A stretch of 64,000 nt of DNA from Antedon mediterranea. Its lineage: Eukaryota > Animalia > Echinodermata. The DNA lies in the NCBI RefSeq assembly GCF_964355755.1, contig NC_092679.1, positions 1,146,201 through 1,210,200 of the forward strand, written 5' to 3'. The notes beneath the pieces are model-generated. The model worked only from the letters and a program-made list of their open reading frames with translations, had not been told where the DNA came from and did not search any database. Shown here piece by piece: positions 43,601-56,581 of this stretch. How positions within the stretch are numbered: the first letter of the stretch is position 1; each line of letters starts with the position of its first letter. A program made the position numbers and the translations under genes.

Positions 43601-45716
43601 TATTTATTTATTTTATTTTTATTTTATGTCTTTAGGCAATGTGGCCAAGGATTACCAATAGTGAATTAATCACTGTCCTATCAGATAGGTGGTAATCCTC
43701 CTGATACAGGGGCTATTGTGTGAACCAGTTCACCGGGGTAACCCCCTACTCTTTTTCGAATAATGAACTGGGTTCTTTAAAGTACACACAGGTTATAACT
43801 GTGTACACTGGACCTACGGTTTATAGTCCTTATCCGAGAAGACTTGTTCCACCACCAGAACTAGGAGCGAGTCGGCCTCGAACCCTTGCCGATGTTGTTG
43901 TTGGCTCTTTAGATACGGTAAACGGCGCCCCTGCCTTAACCGCTCGGCCATATGACTCGTGGTTGGAAAATGTTAAAGTATTTAATCATCCCTGGGAAGC
44001 GGATGGGAGGTTGGGGTGGGGATGTAGGCCTATCACCATGACCGAAACTGTATTTGAAAACTGCCACTGAGGGATTATGGGTTGGGAGTGATAATAACAT
44101 AATTTGTACTGGGGTGTAGTGTAGTAGGGGGAGGAGGAGCGAAAATACTAGCGTAATGAAGTAGCCTATATGATTGGATTGTACTAAGGAAAGTTACTAA
44201 ATTTGAACTGTCCAGGGGAGGAGTCAAGGTTTGTTGGTGGCTGGGGTGGTGAAAGGAGAAAGAAGGCTGGGGGGCCGCAGTATCTAAATTACATATTTTA
44301 ATTATCAGCCAATATGACACCTATTCATTTACACAATTTACAACGTACCATTCAACCATTATTAGACCCATCGTAGCTATGCATACTCCTCTCAATTCGA
44401 AGCTTAGGTTGAATTGAATTTGTCCATCACTGGGAAGAATTTGTTTTTAAGAAAGAGTATGGGGTGTTATTGAAGAGGGGTGTTATTGAAGAGGGGTGGA
44501 GGTTGGCGAGTACAGACAGATACTCATGGCGTCGGGTGTTATGTACTGAGAAGGCTGTAAACTAATTTTGAAACCCGCCCTGGGGCGGGTATAATTGCTA
44601 GTTGTTTATATCTCAATGTATTCATATTTCTATCTTTAAATACACATATTATTTTGATTCCTTGTAGGTTTTGGACACATAACACCAAAGACAACTGGAG
44701 GTCAGGTATTCTGTATCGCATATGCTTCCTTTGGCATCCCAATTACTGGCTATCTTTTGTCCCTTCTTGGCGACAATTTCGAACGCTTCTGGACATGGTA
44801 CCAACGATTATTGAACAAAAAATTGCAATGTATTCGGTCGGTGCGTTTACGTAGGATTACGATAATAGCATTTGGTATATCTATTGTTTTGATTTTGACA
44901 TTGTTTCTACCTTCGTACTACTGGTCTCTGGAGGAGGAATGGTCCTACTGGATCAGCATATATTACACTTTTATCACCATGACAACCATTGGGTTTGGTG
45001 ATTTTGTTGCGAGTATTGATGACAGTACAATACCTTTAGTAAATCGTATTTTTGATTTAATTGTAACTATTTTTACAATTCTATTAACACTGGGTTTGGT
45101 CACCGGTATTCTCAAAATTGCAGCAAAACGAATTGAAAAAAGCAAAAATTTTGCAAACTCTAGACTTAGCACAATGATGAAGAAGTTGCTTGGCAACGAA
45201 GGAATGGACGATTTGAATAATACAAGATCTATTAAAACAATATCGAATGATCTTGCTAAATGTACGCCAAACGGTAACCATAACAACCAACTGACAGTTT
45301 ATACCGGACCGTCTTCTTCTAATTCTACAGATGATCAAAATAATATACGCGTAGAAGATGATACTGTAAAAAGACGCGTAAGTGACACGTCACAAGCCAC
45401 GGACTTAAGTTGTGCCGATGTTAGTTTGGAGTTTTCCAATCGAATCGAGCTGTATTTAAACAAGACCTTGATAATATCAAAATATGGATTAACGGATGAA
45501 ATGATTGAAGACATTAAAGACGTTATCAATAATCACATTGTTGAAGCTATCGACACTGAAGCAAATATACGCAATAAACCACCGTCTAAAGGACCGGTGG
45601 CCGTTAATGGAATGGTTAATGGCGGCTTTCTTGGTGATGACACAAAGACAAGACAAGTGTGCGTTAATACACAAGATAAGCGCGTATTTGTTGATATGCA
45701 TAGCGATATTGTTTAA
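34633..45716 (+). CDS. Two-pore-domain K+ channel (KCNK, TREK/TALK-like), gene 1
   Basis: Exons 34633-34984 and 44668-45716, with a phase-1 intron of ~9.7 kb inside P1. YLLIGSVIFGAIE, cap Cys, P1 TTIG|FGHITPKT, FGIP, P2 TTIGFGDFV, long C-terminal tail. Confidence 0.93.
40964..41144. mobile_element. Fold-back (palindromic) MITE-like element
   Basis: tttatcgcaatatagc..tgcgcaatgcatgatgggaa..gagcaaacgtcac is mirrored by gtgacttttgctc..ttcccatcatgcattgtgca..gctatttgcgataaa. Confidence 0.7.
42328..44601 (+). mobile_element. Non-autonomous Helitron in the KCNK gene 1 intron
   Basis: A|TCTATATTATAA start followed by a (GTYT)n microsatellite, internal duplications, subterminal hairpin acccgccc-tg-gggcgggt, and CTAG|T end. 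Confidence 0.85.
43597..43958 (-). mobile_element. tRNA-derived SINE with a Deu/Nin-like central domain, nested in the Helitron
   Basis: Minus strand has A-box TGGCCGAGCGG, B-box GGTTCGAGGCC, core tctcggataaggactataaaccgtaggtcc...ttaaagaaccc...tcgaaaaagagtagggggttaccccggtg and a (TAAA)n tail. TSD gtggtt at 43591-43596 and 43959-43964. Confidence 0.85.
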
Positions 45717-48700
45717 AACGTGCAATGTAGGAAGATGGAGAGGAAAAAACCCGATATTAAGCACGGCTTCTGTTTGAAAATGAAAACAGCGTTGTCATCT
45801 TGTGCCCCAACCCAGTATATCCCTTCCCACTTGGACGCAACGAATTGACCAATCAAATTAGTACGTTGCCTCCAAGTATAAAACAGTTTAAAATTCACAC
45901 AAATCTTTCTTTCTTTGGACATTTTTGCGTTCTAGGTTTTCTTTTCGATGCCTACAGGTGAAATATTATTAGCTCAAATTTAGCATTAGAAATAAATCTG
46001 TTGTTTTTTGTGTGGCCAGTATTTTTTTTCGATTTACCTGACTAGCCGTCTAACAGGTTATTCAAATTCAATATTATGCAAATATCTGGCCTGTAATTCA
46101 TTGATTTGGTATTTTCTGTTAAACAGACAAACGTGTTGAAACTAAAAAAGTTTTTTTTAATATAATTGTAAATATTGCGTGGTTTTACACGTTATTTTAA
46201 CATTTATGAATTCTGATGATTATGATTATAATGGAATTATGACAGAGAAGAAACACAATACTGAAATGGTAAACTAATGTATTTAAACACTCTCATTATT
46301 AGTAAAAATAATTTCATATTGGATATTTATATTAAGTCATATTTATGCAAACACGCTCTTTAAGTTAGCATTATTTTTATTTATTCTAATTTTAGTAGGC
46401 ATGGCATAAAATGTAAAAATAAGCAAATAAAATATACAATTCGATTCACTTTATTTGAATATTATCTAACGAAATTAGTACGCACGACTTCCGAACCAAC
46501 GTAGCGTGACTAAGACGCAACGTAATTTGACCAATCACGACGCTTCGCAACGCAAGGACACATAGACGCAACGCAAGCGAGTTGACAAATGCCAAGCGGC
46601 TGTTCGAATAATCTATCGCTTGTGATTGGTAAAATCACTTACGTTCTTGCGTTGCGTCTCTGAAACCAAGCTAGCTTAATGAGCCTTCGATTGTGTACGC
46701 AAATTGATTTTGGTCACGGGTCAAGTGTTTTGATATCCAATCATCCTCTCGTCTGGTGCGCGCGCAAAAAACAGATGTCACTATATTATTTATACTGTAT
46801 AATATGTAAAATTAAAGAGTTTATAATCTATAGTATTTAATTATGTAAGCTCTTGTATCTTTTTATATCGCAATAATGATAATATAATAATGTATAAGGC
46901 CTAAAATATGTTTGATTTTGTACAGTATTTATATAATTATCCTGGGTTCTTGATTTGATATAATATTTGTTATAACTTTTATAAATAAACAGAGAAACCC
47001 TTGACATAATTGTGTTGTATTTGGTATTTCTGGTATCAAAGCTTGGTTCCTATTGGACGCAGGGAACTTTTGATTAGCGAGGACCGGAGATCAACCTAGG
47101 TCAGAGGTCAATCGATGTACCGTCGGGTCGTCGCCTGAACCACGTCTGAACCTAAACCATCAAATCTCTGTCCAGGTTGAGGAGCGAGGACATACGTTGT
47201 CCCAATATTTTCCGCATGCGCACAGTGAACTAGCATGACGTAGTAAGTTTGGTTGTCGCAATCGCAACGAAGCGCAGGCGCAATCACAAAATGTTCATAT
47301 TAAGCCGACCATAATCTAAAAGTACCATCAAATGTAAAATATTAATGGAAATCTGTTTTTTTTTTTAGTTCAAATTACAAATGAGAACTTCACAAAATTA
47401 TATATTCAACAGAAATTCACAAACTTTCATAATTTAAAAATGAAACAATTCGTTCAGAATCACGTGAATATACTTATGTTTGAAAACGATTGTATTATGA
47501 ATGATTCATTAAGTTGTAAAGTTTTATTTATTATTAGTTTAAATAACAAACAATTGATTGAAGACGTCAATTGATATGATAATTATATTCAATTAGGTCG
47601 AATAATATTGTTATAATTATTTATAATAATAATATAATGAATACGAGTAAAGTACGACGCTGGTATAAATTATAATTTCAAATATTTCTGAAATTCCACA
47701 TTAATTACTGAAACTTAACCATAGCTATGTTAATCGTCATGATCATTATGCGTATAATCATCAATATCATAATAATCAATATCATCACGACGCGCCGGAA
47801 CGAAGACAGAGTTTGATATGCCTACTTTATACCCAGCGAGCTTTCGTAGTAGGCCTATATGAAGTACCGTCCGTACCACCAGTCTATGATAACATCAATT
47901 ATTAAAAATAAATTTTGTATCAAACTCTCTCTCCCGAGACAAAAACATAACAAGCTATCTCTTCATTATATATGATGATGATGATGATTATAATACTAAT
48001 TACACATAAATAACAAATATCATTATTAATCAATACGTATGACATACATTTCCTTTCTCTCGTGGTAAACTTGTTGTTGTGTTTGTACACGAACTGCCTA
48101 CTCACTCACACTCATCACACAAATCGAACTATATTCTAGATAAATCACAACCCATCATCAATTCCGTTTACATAACAGACACTTGTGTTCATTATTCATC
48201 GGAACAAGGAATGTATTAGCATGGAACATCCTGGAGAAAAAGACATTTTTTCAACGGCACCGTCTTGTGTTCCAAGAAACGGAACAAGTGGGATGTAGCA
48301 TGGAAAAGTCGTCGAGAAAACAAATTGTAAGACGCTGTCATCTTCTGTTCCATGAAACAGCACAAATGGTTTACACATTTAGAGGATTATCACTATCGTA
48401 ACAAGCATGATTTATTAACTTTATTACACATAAAAATGCAATTTTGTGTATTATCCATGGTAGGGTGTGTATGCCTATATAGATCTGTTTCTTTCCGTGT
48501 ATCATATTCGAAGTCACACCAAAAAGACCAGGCGCGGCGCGTAGAAAACACGTACCGCGCGGTACCAGTAACCTATATTGAACGCGCAGTGTCTGTCCAC
48601 ATTATTACGCCCTAGTCTGAGCTCCAGACGGAGTTTTATTTTAATATTAGTAAAAATATAAATGTTTTTGCACATATGGCGTTTCATACGTGTATTGCTT

Positions 48701-50821
48701 GTATTTTCAGACAAAAATCAAAACGACGACGTGTGGAATGACATAAAAAAGACAATAAAACAGACTTGAAGCAAGTCTAAATTACGCCTCAGTACAGCTC
48801 TGTCTACACTCTATCAAACTCATGTGACGAAAAATGTGATGTGCCCATATATGGACATGATGATGTCATATCACTACCACATTTGGGCATATCACTACCA
48901 TATTTGGACACATTACACATTCAAACTAGTTTGATTGTAGACAGAGCTTAACAGATTCTCGGCCGCATTTTTATCTTGTCATTGCTCATAATGTTTCGTG
49001 ACACGCCGCAGTATCATAATAAATATAATTATTGAGACGTGCTGTGCTGCACTGTTTTTTTTTTCATTTCGAAATTAATATCAATCTTCATAAAAGGTAC
49101 GTTACTCAGAAACAATAATTGATCACCACGCGCGCGCACCCAAAGAGTAATACCGTAAGTATGTTTAGATTGGTCTGATCGAACGTTGTTTGTACGATGA
49201 AAACACAACAGTCATAAGACTGTGTTTACACCGACACAAAACACTTTAGGCGATATCAACCACGTGACTATTAAAGCTGCTTCACACAACAAAGCATAAT
49301 CGATTAATTTGGTAAGAATTGCCATTTTTTCTTGTATTATTGATTTCTTTAAAGTGCATTAAGGTGTGTAATATTGATAATATTAGTATTGTTCCTTAGC
49401 ACTCGTAAACTGAATATGGCATACTAATGTCCTAGTCATTTATTAATAGGCCTATATCTATTTTTTATGAAATGCCGACAATAATATGCGTCATTGAATT
49501 ATATAACAAACTTTAATACCTAAAGCTTGGTTCCCACTTCTTGGACGCAACGCAAGGAGGTTAAGCCCACGGTTAGTAATTTGACCAATCACGACTCGAT
49601 GAATCACCCGAACTGTCGCTTGTGATTGGTCAACTCATTTGCGTTGGCGCGCCTACGTTGCTCCAAGTGGCAACAAACAAACAATTTCCGAGTTGTTAAA
49701 TTTGTTGTGTTTTTTTCTTTTTATAGGCAAATTGCAAAGGATAACCACCATAAGCGAATTCATATCCTTTATAAAAGGTGTTAACCTTGTTCATATATAA
49801 AACACCATCACATAATTGTACAGCAAAACAACTTTACCGAAGTAACTTGTTTTGCCACAGAGGGCTCATCGTATATTTCGAGAAAGCGAATGTGAAAAAA
49901 ACGATTTTTAATTACCTATTTCATATACAGTAAGTTTGTATTCGTACAGATTTATTTTATCATAGCCCAGCAGCAGGCGGCGCTATAGCTTATTGTTATT
50001 GCCAAATAATCAATATTTGTTTTAGGTTTTTTCAGAATTGTAATTTTGTTCTTCCCTAGCAACCTTTCCCCGGATCTATCTGTGTCGAAATGAAATGTCA
50101 TCGACCGGTCTTTGGTCTTTGGCATGTTAACAGAGTGGACTATTTGCAATACTATTAGTAAATCGATGTAATGGCTTAATTATCAGTAGACCTATTTCAT
50201 GTTATCGAACACGTGTCTCTCACATTCAGGTATATAGGCTACTTTTACTTTGTGGATGGAAACAGTTCACAGTTGATGAATGACAACTGAGATGGTAAAA
50301 AGTAAGAAGGTAAGAAACTGGTTCATGGTATTACCTAATGAATGTTGTGTGTCTGCTGCTGGGCGCAGCTTCCAGGGCTATGATCTCTTTCAATTCCTGT
50401 TTAGTCATGACACATCCGGAGCTTGTAGTATGCTGAGAGTCAAACTGCTTTACTCCGTTCACTCTCTAATAGGCCTACACCTGTTCACCTGTATCCGATT
50501 CTCATGGTATTGTAATTTTTCCAGTCGTCATAGTAATATACTATACACATTTATTACATGTGAGTTCCCATTGAAACGCAACGCACGGACATCGCACGCA
50601 AGCGAATTGGCCAATGACAGCGACAGTGAATAATCCATCGCTTATTATTGGTCAAATCACTTTTATTGCGCTCACGACAAATTATTAACGTAAAATACAG
50701 GCGACACATGTGATACTTATATCAGGCTGTATTACAGCAGAATTCAGTGCCTGTGATACTGGGCACTAATTATATATAGAATGATGCAGTATGTTTGTGG
50801 AACATGTACTATTCAATTTAG

Positions 50822-50992
50822 AAAGATATAAATATAATCCACATAGACTTTACTTGTTTAGTAAACAGAGACATTTCACGACCTATCCAGGTCGTATCAT
50901 CAGGCCGAATGTTTACTAAACAAGTAATTCCAGTGGATTAGATTGATATCTTTCTGAACCTAATACTACCTGGATGAATGAGAATATTCATA
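50822..50992. mobile_element. Penelope-like terminal-repeat relic (inverted halves) with a hammerhead core
   Basis: Inverted ttacttgtttagtaaaca/tgtttactaaacaagtaa; minus strand CTGATGA-t-acgacct-ggat-aggtcgt-GAAATGTC; plus strand acctggatgaatgagaatattca. Confidence 0.55.
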
Positions 50993-51142
50993 TCTGTACC
51001 TACTGCAGTACGTGGTCAGGGTTCGAATCTGTACCTCAAAGGGGAGATTAGAAGCTATTGTGAATATTCAGTATCTGTACTACTAATAGTACGTGGTGAG
51101 GGTTTGAATCATGAAAGGTAAGAAATTATGAAGCTTAGCTTA

Positions 51143-51435
51143 AGCCTGGTTTCCATAAAATCGCTACACCGTGTCGCCGACTGCTGTCGCCGACAGAGCG
51201 TAGCGATTCTATGGAAACGCTAGAATTTATCGGGGATCTAGTACGCGAGCGCTAAATATTTTTTGGTACACGCGTATACGACTCATCGCCGACAAAATCG
51301 GCAAAGTTGAACATGGTTGAACTTTGCCGATTTGTCTGCGATAAATCGGGGAGACCTCCCCGATGCGCGTCGGCGACATTTGCGCGTGTAGCGATTTCAA
51401 TGGAAACGGTGTAGCGATTTTATGGAAACCAGGCT
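51143..51435. mobile_element. Young PIF/Harbinger-type MITE
   Basis: Perfect 29-bp TIR agcctggtttccataaaatcgctacaccg, TTA TSD on both sides, palindromic interior. Confidence 0.9.
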
Positions 51436-54400
51436 TTAGTACGTCATCAAAATCGAAACTTTTATAATGGCTCGATTAAGGAAGTGATTTAAAAGCACGT
51501 CTATCACTAATAAACCATTTTGTCGTTTCGTTTTTGCACGTTCACCTAGCAGCATCAGGGAAGTAATACGTCAGGAAAGTAAACATATAAACGTTAGAAA
51601 GGTAACACACAGAACGCGTTTCCTACTCTAATGTACTAAACGCAACCAGTCACCTTTCTCCTCTATATTATACACTTTTTGTTTTTAACGCAAAGAGGAA
51701 TATTATTCTGAAATGATTGTTTAAATCATGGTCTCCGTGTTTAAAGCAAGTTAAGTTTGTAATCGTTGGTGTCGCTATTCATGCTTCCCCACTGCGTAAC
51801 TGTTTTTTGACGTTAACGGTTGACTGGTTCCATCATTGTCAAGTTGACATTACTCTATTGTTAAAATAACTTGGTGTTTTGTGTGACAAAATCCGATCGT
51901 ATCACATCGTATACTTCCTTTATATATTATAGAAGCTTGACTTGCTGGAAAGAAGGCATTTGTTATGACACTCCGCTCAGGGTAAGTTTGAAGTCTCATA
52001 AATTATTCAGATTCAATGAGGTCTTTTTAAGAACATAAGCTACTCACTGGATAATTGAATTGACTATTTTTAAGTCTATACTGGCCACGTCTAAGAAGCA
52101 AGGACTCCCTGCTGAAGTTTCCAAATTACAAAGCCGTCGTACTCAGTTCAGCAGTACAACACCTTTTCCGGATTAGTCTTACATGGTCCTCCATGGATAG
52201 TATATGTCCGTTAATTATCAATACTTGGACGTATCCGGCTGCCGGACATACACCCAAATTAAGCCGTGGTTGTATACAAAGTTAAAACGTAAATAAAAAA
52301 AATGATTTGATTGTATTTTTTCATACATGATTATGTATTAAGCACATTTTTTTGATGATAGTTTTAAGCTGTTCAGTTCGTAACCTCCTATTTAATCTTT
52401 TGTTTTTTGTCGGAAGATAATTTGTTTGGAAGAGAAAATAGGTTATCTAAAATTGTCGTTGCATATAGGGTGTAACGCAATCAATTAGCCAATCACAACC
52501 AAGTAATTGTAAAGTAAATAGTGGATCCAGATTTGTGTGTGTAAAATGGACAGTGGTGGAGGAGGTAGAGGTGGTGTCTGGGAGAGGAGGTAGGCCTAGA
52601 TATGGTGTCTGGGAGGTGTATTTGGTAAACTAATATTTTAAAACGACAACGTGTGTGGAACTACTAGGAGGAACTACATATAATAAATGCTCAGCCAACC
52701 ACGAACATGTATGTACGTCACCTTTAACCTGTAAAATACCAATGAAATGACGCAATCAATCATGGGCATCAACAACTTCTTCAAAATGTTCCTCTGAGTC
52801 AATCATCATATATATATATATATATATAAACTAAAACTTTATTTAGACACGAGACTAATGTACAGTACAACTCGTTCAATCAACATTGATTGTTTTTATA
52901 CAAGTTCGTGATATAACAAAATAATCAAACACAATATAAATACGAAAAAGAAAGAAAAAAATGTGAAAAGTAATTACAGTATTCTGCGCAACTAATCTTG
53001 TTTTCCAGAGACGCAACGCGTGCGTGGACCAATGACAGCGAATGTGACGATTGTGATTGGTCAAATCACGTGCGTTGAACTGTGCGTCTCTAGTGGGAAC
53101 CAAGCAGCAAAAGTAACCACAGTATGGAATCTACTAGTATAGTTAGTTTTGCTGCTGTTATAAAATACAAATATTTTATATAATACGTCGCATTATAACG
53201 AGGCCCGTCCCCCGTCGTCGATGAGGAATATACTTTTTCAGAATTTAATCATTATGTTCATACTTTTCTAATGTTCTAAACTAAGCCCCCCCCCCCCCCG
53301 GTTTGTACGACGTGTTCAAATTCTCCCCGGGGGTTAAAAGTTGTTAACAGTTGTTTTTTCTTAAAAATAAACATCATGACGCGACAATACTTTCTTTGAA
53401 GAATTGAAATTTATTATCACGATGAATTAGCAATCTGGTTTAAAAGACATTGAATTGATACAGAAAGGTTCACCTAGGAATCACACACTGTGACTAATAA
53501 AATGTTGCACTATATTCAAAACACTAAATATAGATTTCGAAAGTGCCACTTCTTGATAAACGCTTTGCTTATTTAAAAACCATTATCCATAACTGACAAG
53601 ATGGCAATGTTGAATTACTATTTATATAGGATATTATCAATCACTGCTGCATTTGTCCCACTCCTCTACGGCGCCCCGTACTCCTCTACCTTTTGATGTT
53701 AAACGATGTTCAATCTGTTCCGATGCTGTCTTTTTTGTTAGAAAGTGATACTACGTGACATGAGCAATTGACGCTAATATTTATAGAATCGTTTTATATT
53801 ACTAGTTTTGTTTTTAAAATTATTATAGAATACCGTACATTGCAAAAATGAATTGGTATGTTTATGTAAATTTCGACAAATACAATTTACAATTGGATTG
53901 GTTAATTTAATTCATTTCAAATTGTTTTTCTCACCCCCATCCCCACAAATATATACACCTATATATCAAAATTTAGATCCGCCTCACTGTGTTGTTGAGG
54001 ACAAGATAAATCATATTCCATCATTACGTGTTAATAATGATACCATAACAACAATAACCTTGCATTTTATGTGTTATGTTACCATGGCAGCTACAAGTGT
54101 CATCCTCTAGCGTCTAACCTTTTATAATCCTGTTTTATATGCAAATTAGCCTGTGTGTTGATGATCAATAGGCCTAGTAGATTGCAAGATTACGCATATA
54201 TTATTAATTTAATAATTTTCAATTCTCTATAGATATTTAGGTTTATATATTAATTTCCGCGTATGGTTTTTATCTTAGTAAAACTATTTTCAATCGTATA
54301 CCGGTATTAATTTGCACATCTTTGGCAGGTACAGTACTTATCGTCAATTATTATTTTCTTTGGTAATTATATTCGCTAACATGCATTAGGCATTTATAAA

Positions 54401-54712
54401 AGCAATTCTGTGCTATAAAGATGTTATTGTATGTTCTTTATTCATGTATCGTATAAGTACGTTGTTGTTCTTTATTCGCGTGTCTTTATGGTGTTGTTGT
54501 TCATGTGTCTTAAGTACGTGCTGTTGTTCTTGATGCGTGTGTCTTAAGTACGTGTTCTAAACTTAGCGTATTTATTTTCAGATGGAGATACATGTTGGAA
54601 GCTTGTGAAACCAAAAACATCTTCTTGAAATAGAAACTAAAAAATACAGTTAATCAGTAGAAACTTAAAATACCAGTACTACATAACTGAGTACAGACAA
54701 CAGACACACAAG

Positions 54713-56131
54713 ATGGAACTTACTGAATTGAATTCATGGAGAAAAGCTTTGCTTAGCTTCGTCGTCTTAATAGCGTATCTGTTCATTGGTGGTGCCATCT
54801 TCCACTCTCTTGAACGCAGTGACGAGGAAGACAACAAGGGCTACATCGTCGACACCGTCTACGATTTTCTAAGTAACAACAGCTGTGTTGATAGTTACGA
54901 GCTTGGTGAATTGATAAAGACAGTTGTGGAGTGGGGTGATAGTAACTTGATTAACGAAGGCAACGTAAGCAACGTGGACGACATGCCTGATTATTGGGAT
55001 TTTGTGAGTGCCGTCTTCTTTGCCGCCACTGTCGTCACCACAATTGGTAAGAAAGATTCTAGACTGTGTAACTATTTGGCACAAATTATGAAGTTTTCTA
55101 ACAAAACTCGAAACGCCAACTGGTGCACTAAAAGACAATAACTACAGACTTGGAGCAGGTCTAGGTTTCTTACGTTGGACACAATGCAACGACAATTAAG
55201 ACTTAACGCAATGCAAGTGAGTTGACCAATTATAACGGAAGTTCGGCGGATCCCTATCATCGCCGGCGGGTTGGTCGAACTACTTGCGGTGCGCAAAAAG
55301 ACATAGACGCAACACAAGTAAGTTGATAAATGACAGGTGACAGTTCGAATAATCCATCGCTTGTGATTGGTCAAATTACTTACGTTACGTTACGTCATTG
55401 TGTTGCGTCTTATGACGATGACTAATGTACCGTTGATGTTTTATAGTATGTTCATTCCAATATTTATCTTTTTTTCAGGCTATGGACATATTGCTCCGTC
55501 AACATACAGCGGTGGCGCGTTCTGCGTCTGTTACGCGTTCTTTGGTATCCCTCTAACAGCATTATTTCTGGCAAACGTTGGTGATTGCTTTTCCGACAGC
55601 TGGAACGCTTGGAACGCGTTACTAGTTAAATACGTAACGTGTTTCTCTAAACATGAACGATTGAAAAAAGTCATATCAACGGTTGTACTTATTATACTAG
55701 CGTATTTTTTAATTATTCTGATTCCTGCCGTTATCTTCAGTAAAATAGAAGAATGGACTCATCTGTCCAGTCAATATTACTGTTTCATATCCCTTTCGAC
55801 GATTGGTTTTGGAGACTACGTGATAGGACAAAACACAGCTAAATCTTATAGTTTTTTGAAGCTGTATAAGCTATTGACAGTGCTATACATCCTGTTTGGC
55901 TTGAGCGTTTTAACTTTAAGCTTTAAACAATTGCAAGTGATCTACCAAGTTAAAGTACCACGTGTTCGTGGTCGAGTGAAACGAAAGACAATAATGGTAA
56001 ACCGGCATGATATTGAAATGACAATGAAACGGACCTCTCACGTGAATGATGACGTTGAAATAGAATTAGACCTAAGTGAAACGTCTTACACGATTGCGTG
56101 TGACGCATCCGTTCAAACTGACAATTTTTAG
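54713..56131 (+). CDS. Two-pore-domain K+ channel (KCNK, TREK/TALK-like), gene 2
   Basis: Exons 54713-55046 and 55479-56131. YLFIGGAIFHSLE, NSCV cap, WDFVSAVFFAATVVTTIG|YGHIAPST, FGIPL, STIGFGDYV. Confidence 0.95.
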
Positions 56132-56581
56132 TGATTTTTTCGTTTGGCGTTTTTTATAACATGTATTAATATTTTAAACCCGGTTGTAGATATAACATAT
56201 CCCTATCCTTTTGTAAATAAAAGGTAAGATTTAACGATTCTATTGATGCGTTATAAAAATATTATATGTAGTTTTTTTAAAAATAAATAAATAAAGTATA
56301 AATAAACAAACAAAACCCTGTTCTTATACAATTAAATAACTTTGTATTTATTGACACACATTTCTTCTACGAATGCAGTACCAATTTATAAATATACGGT
56401 ACATCTTAACTACATAGAAATTGCATAACACCGTAGACTGTTCAATAAATCCATGGAGAAATAATGTTACAGTTACTTATGGATATTCCAATATATATAC
56501 TGTATTAAAATCATCGACACCTTAAATATCGCCCTCTCGAGTCTCACTGGAACGGCAAACACCACTTGATGGTGTCATATC

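Noticed and set aside
43880-43958. tRNA gene
   Set aside because: The A/B boxes belong to a SINE head; no cloverleaf is evident, and it has a tail and TSD.
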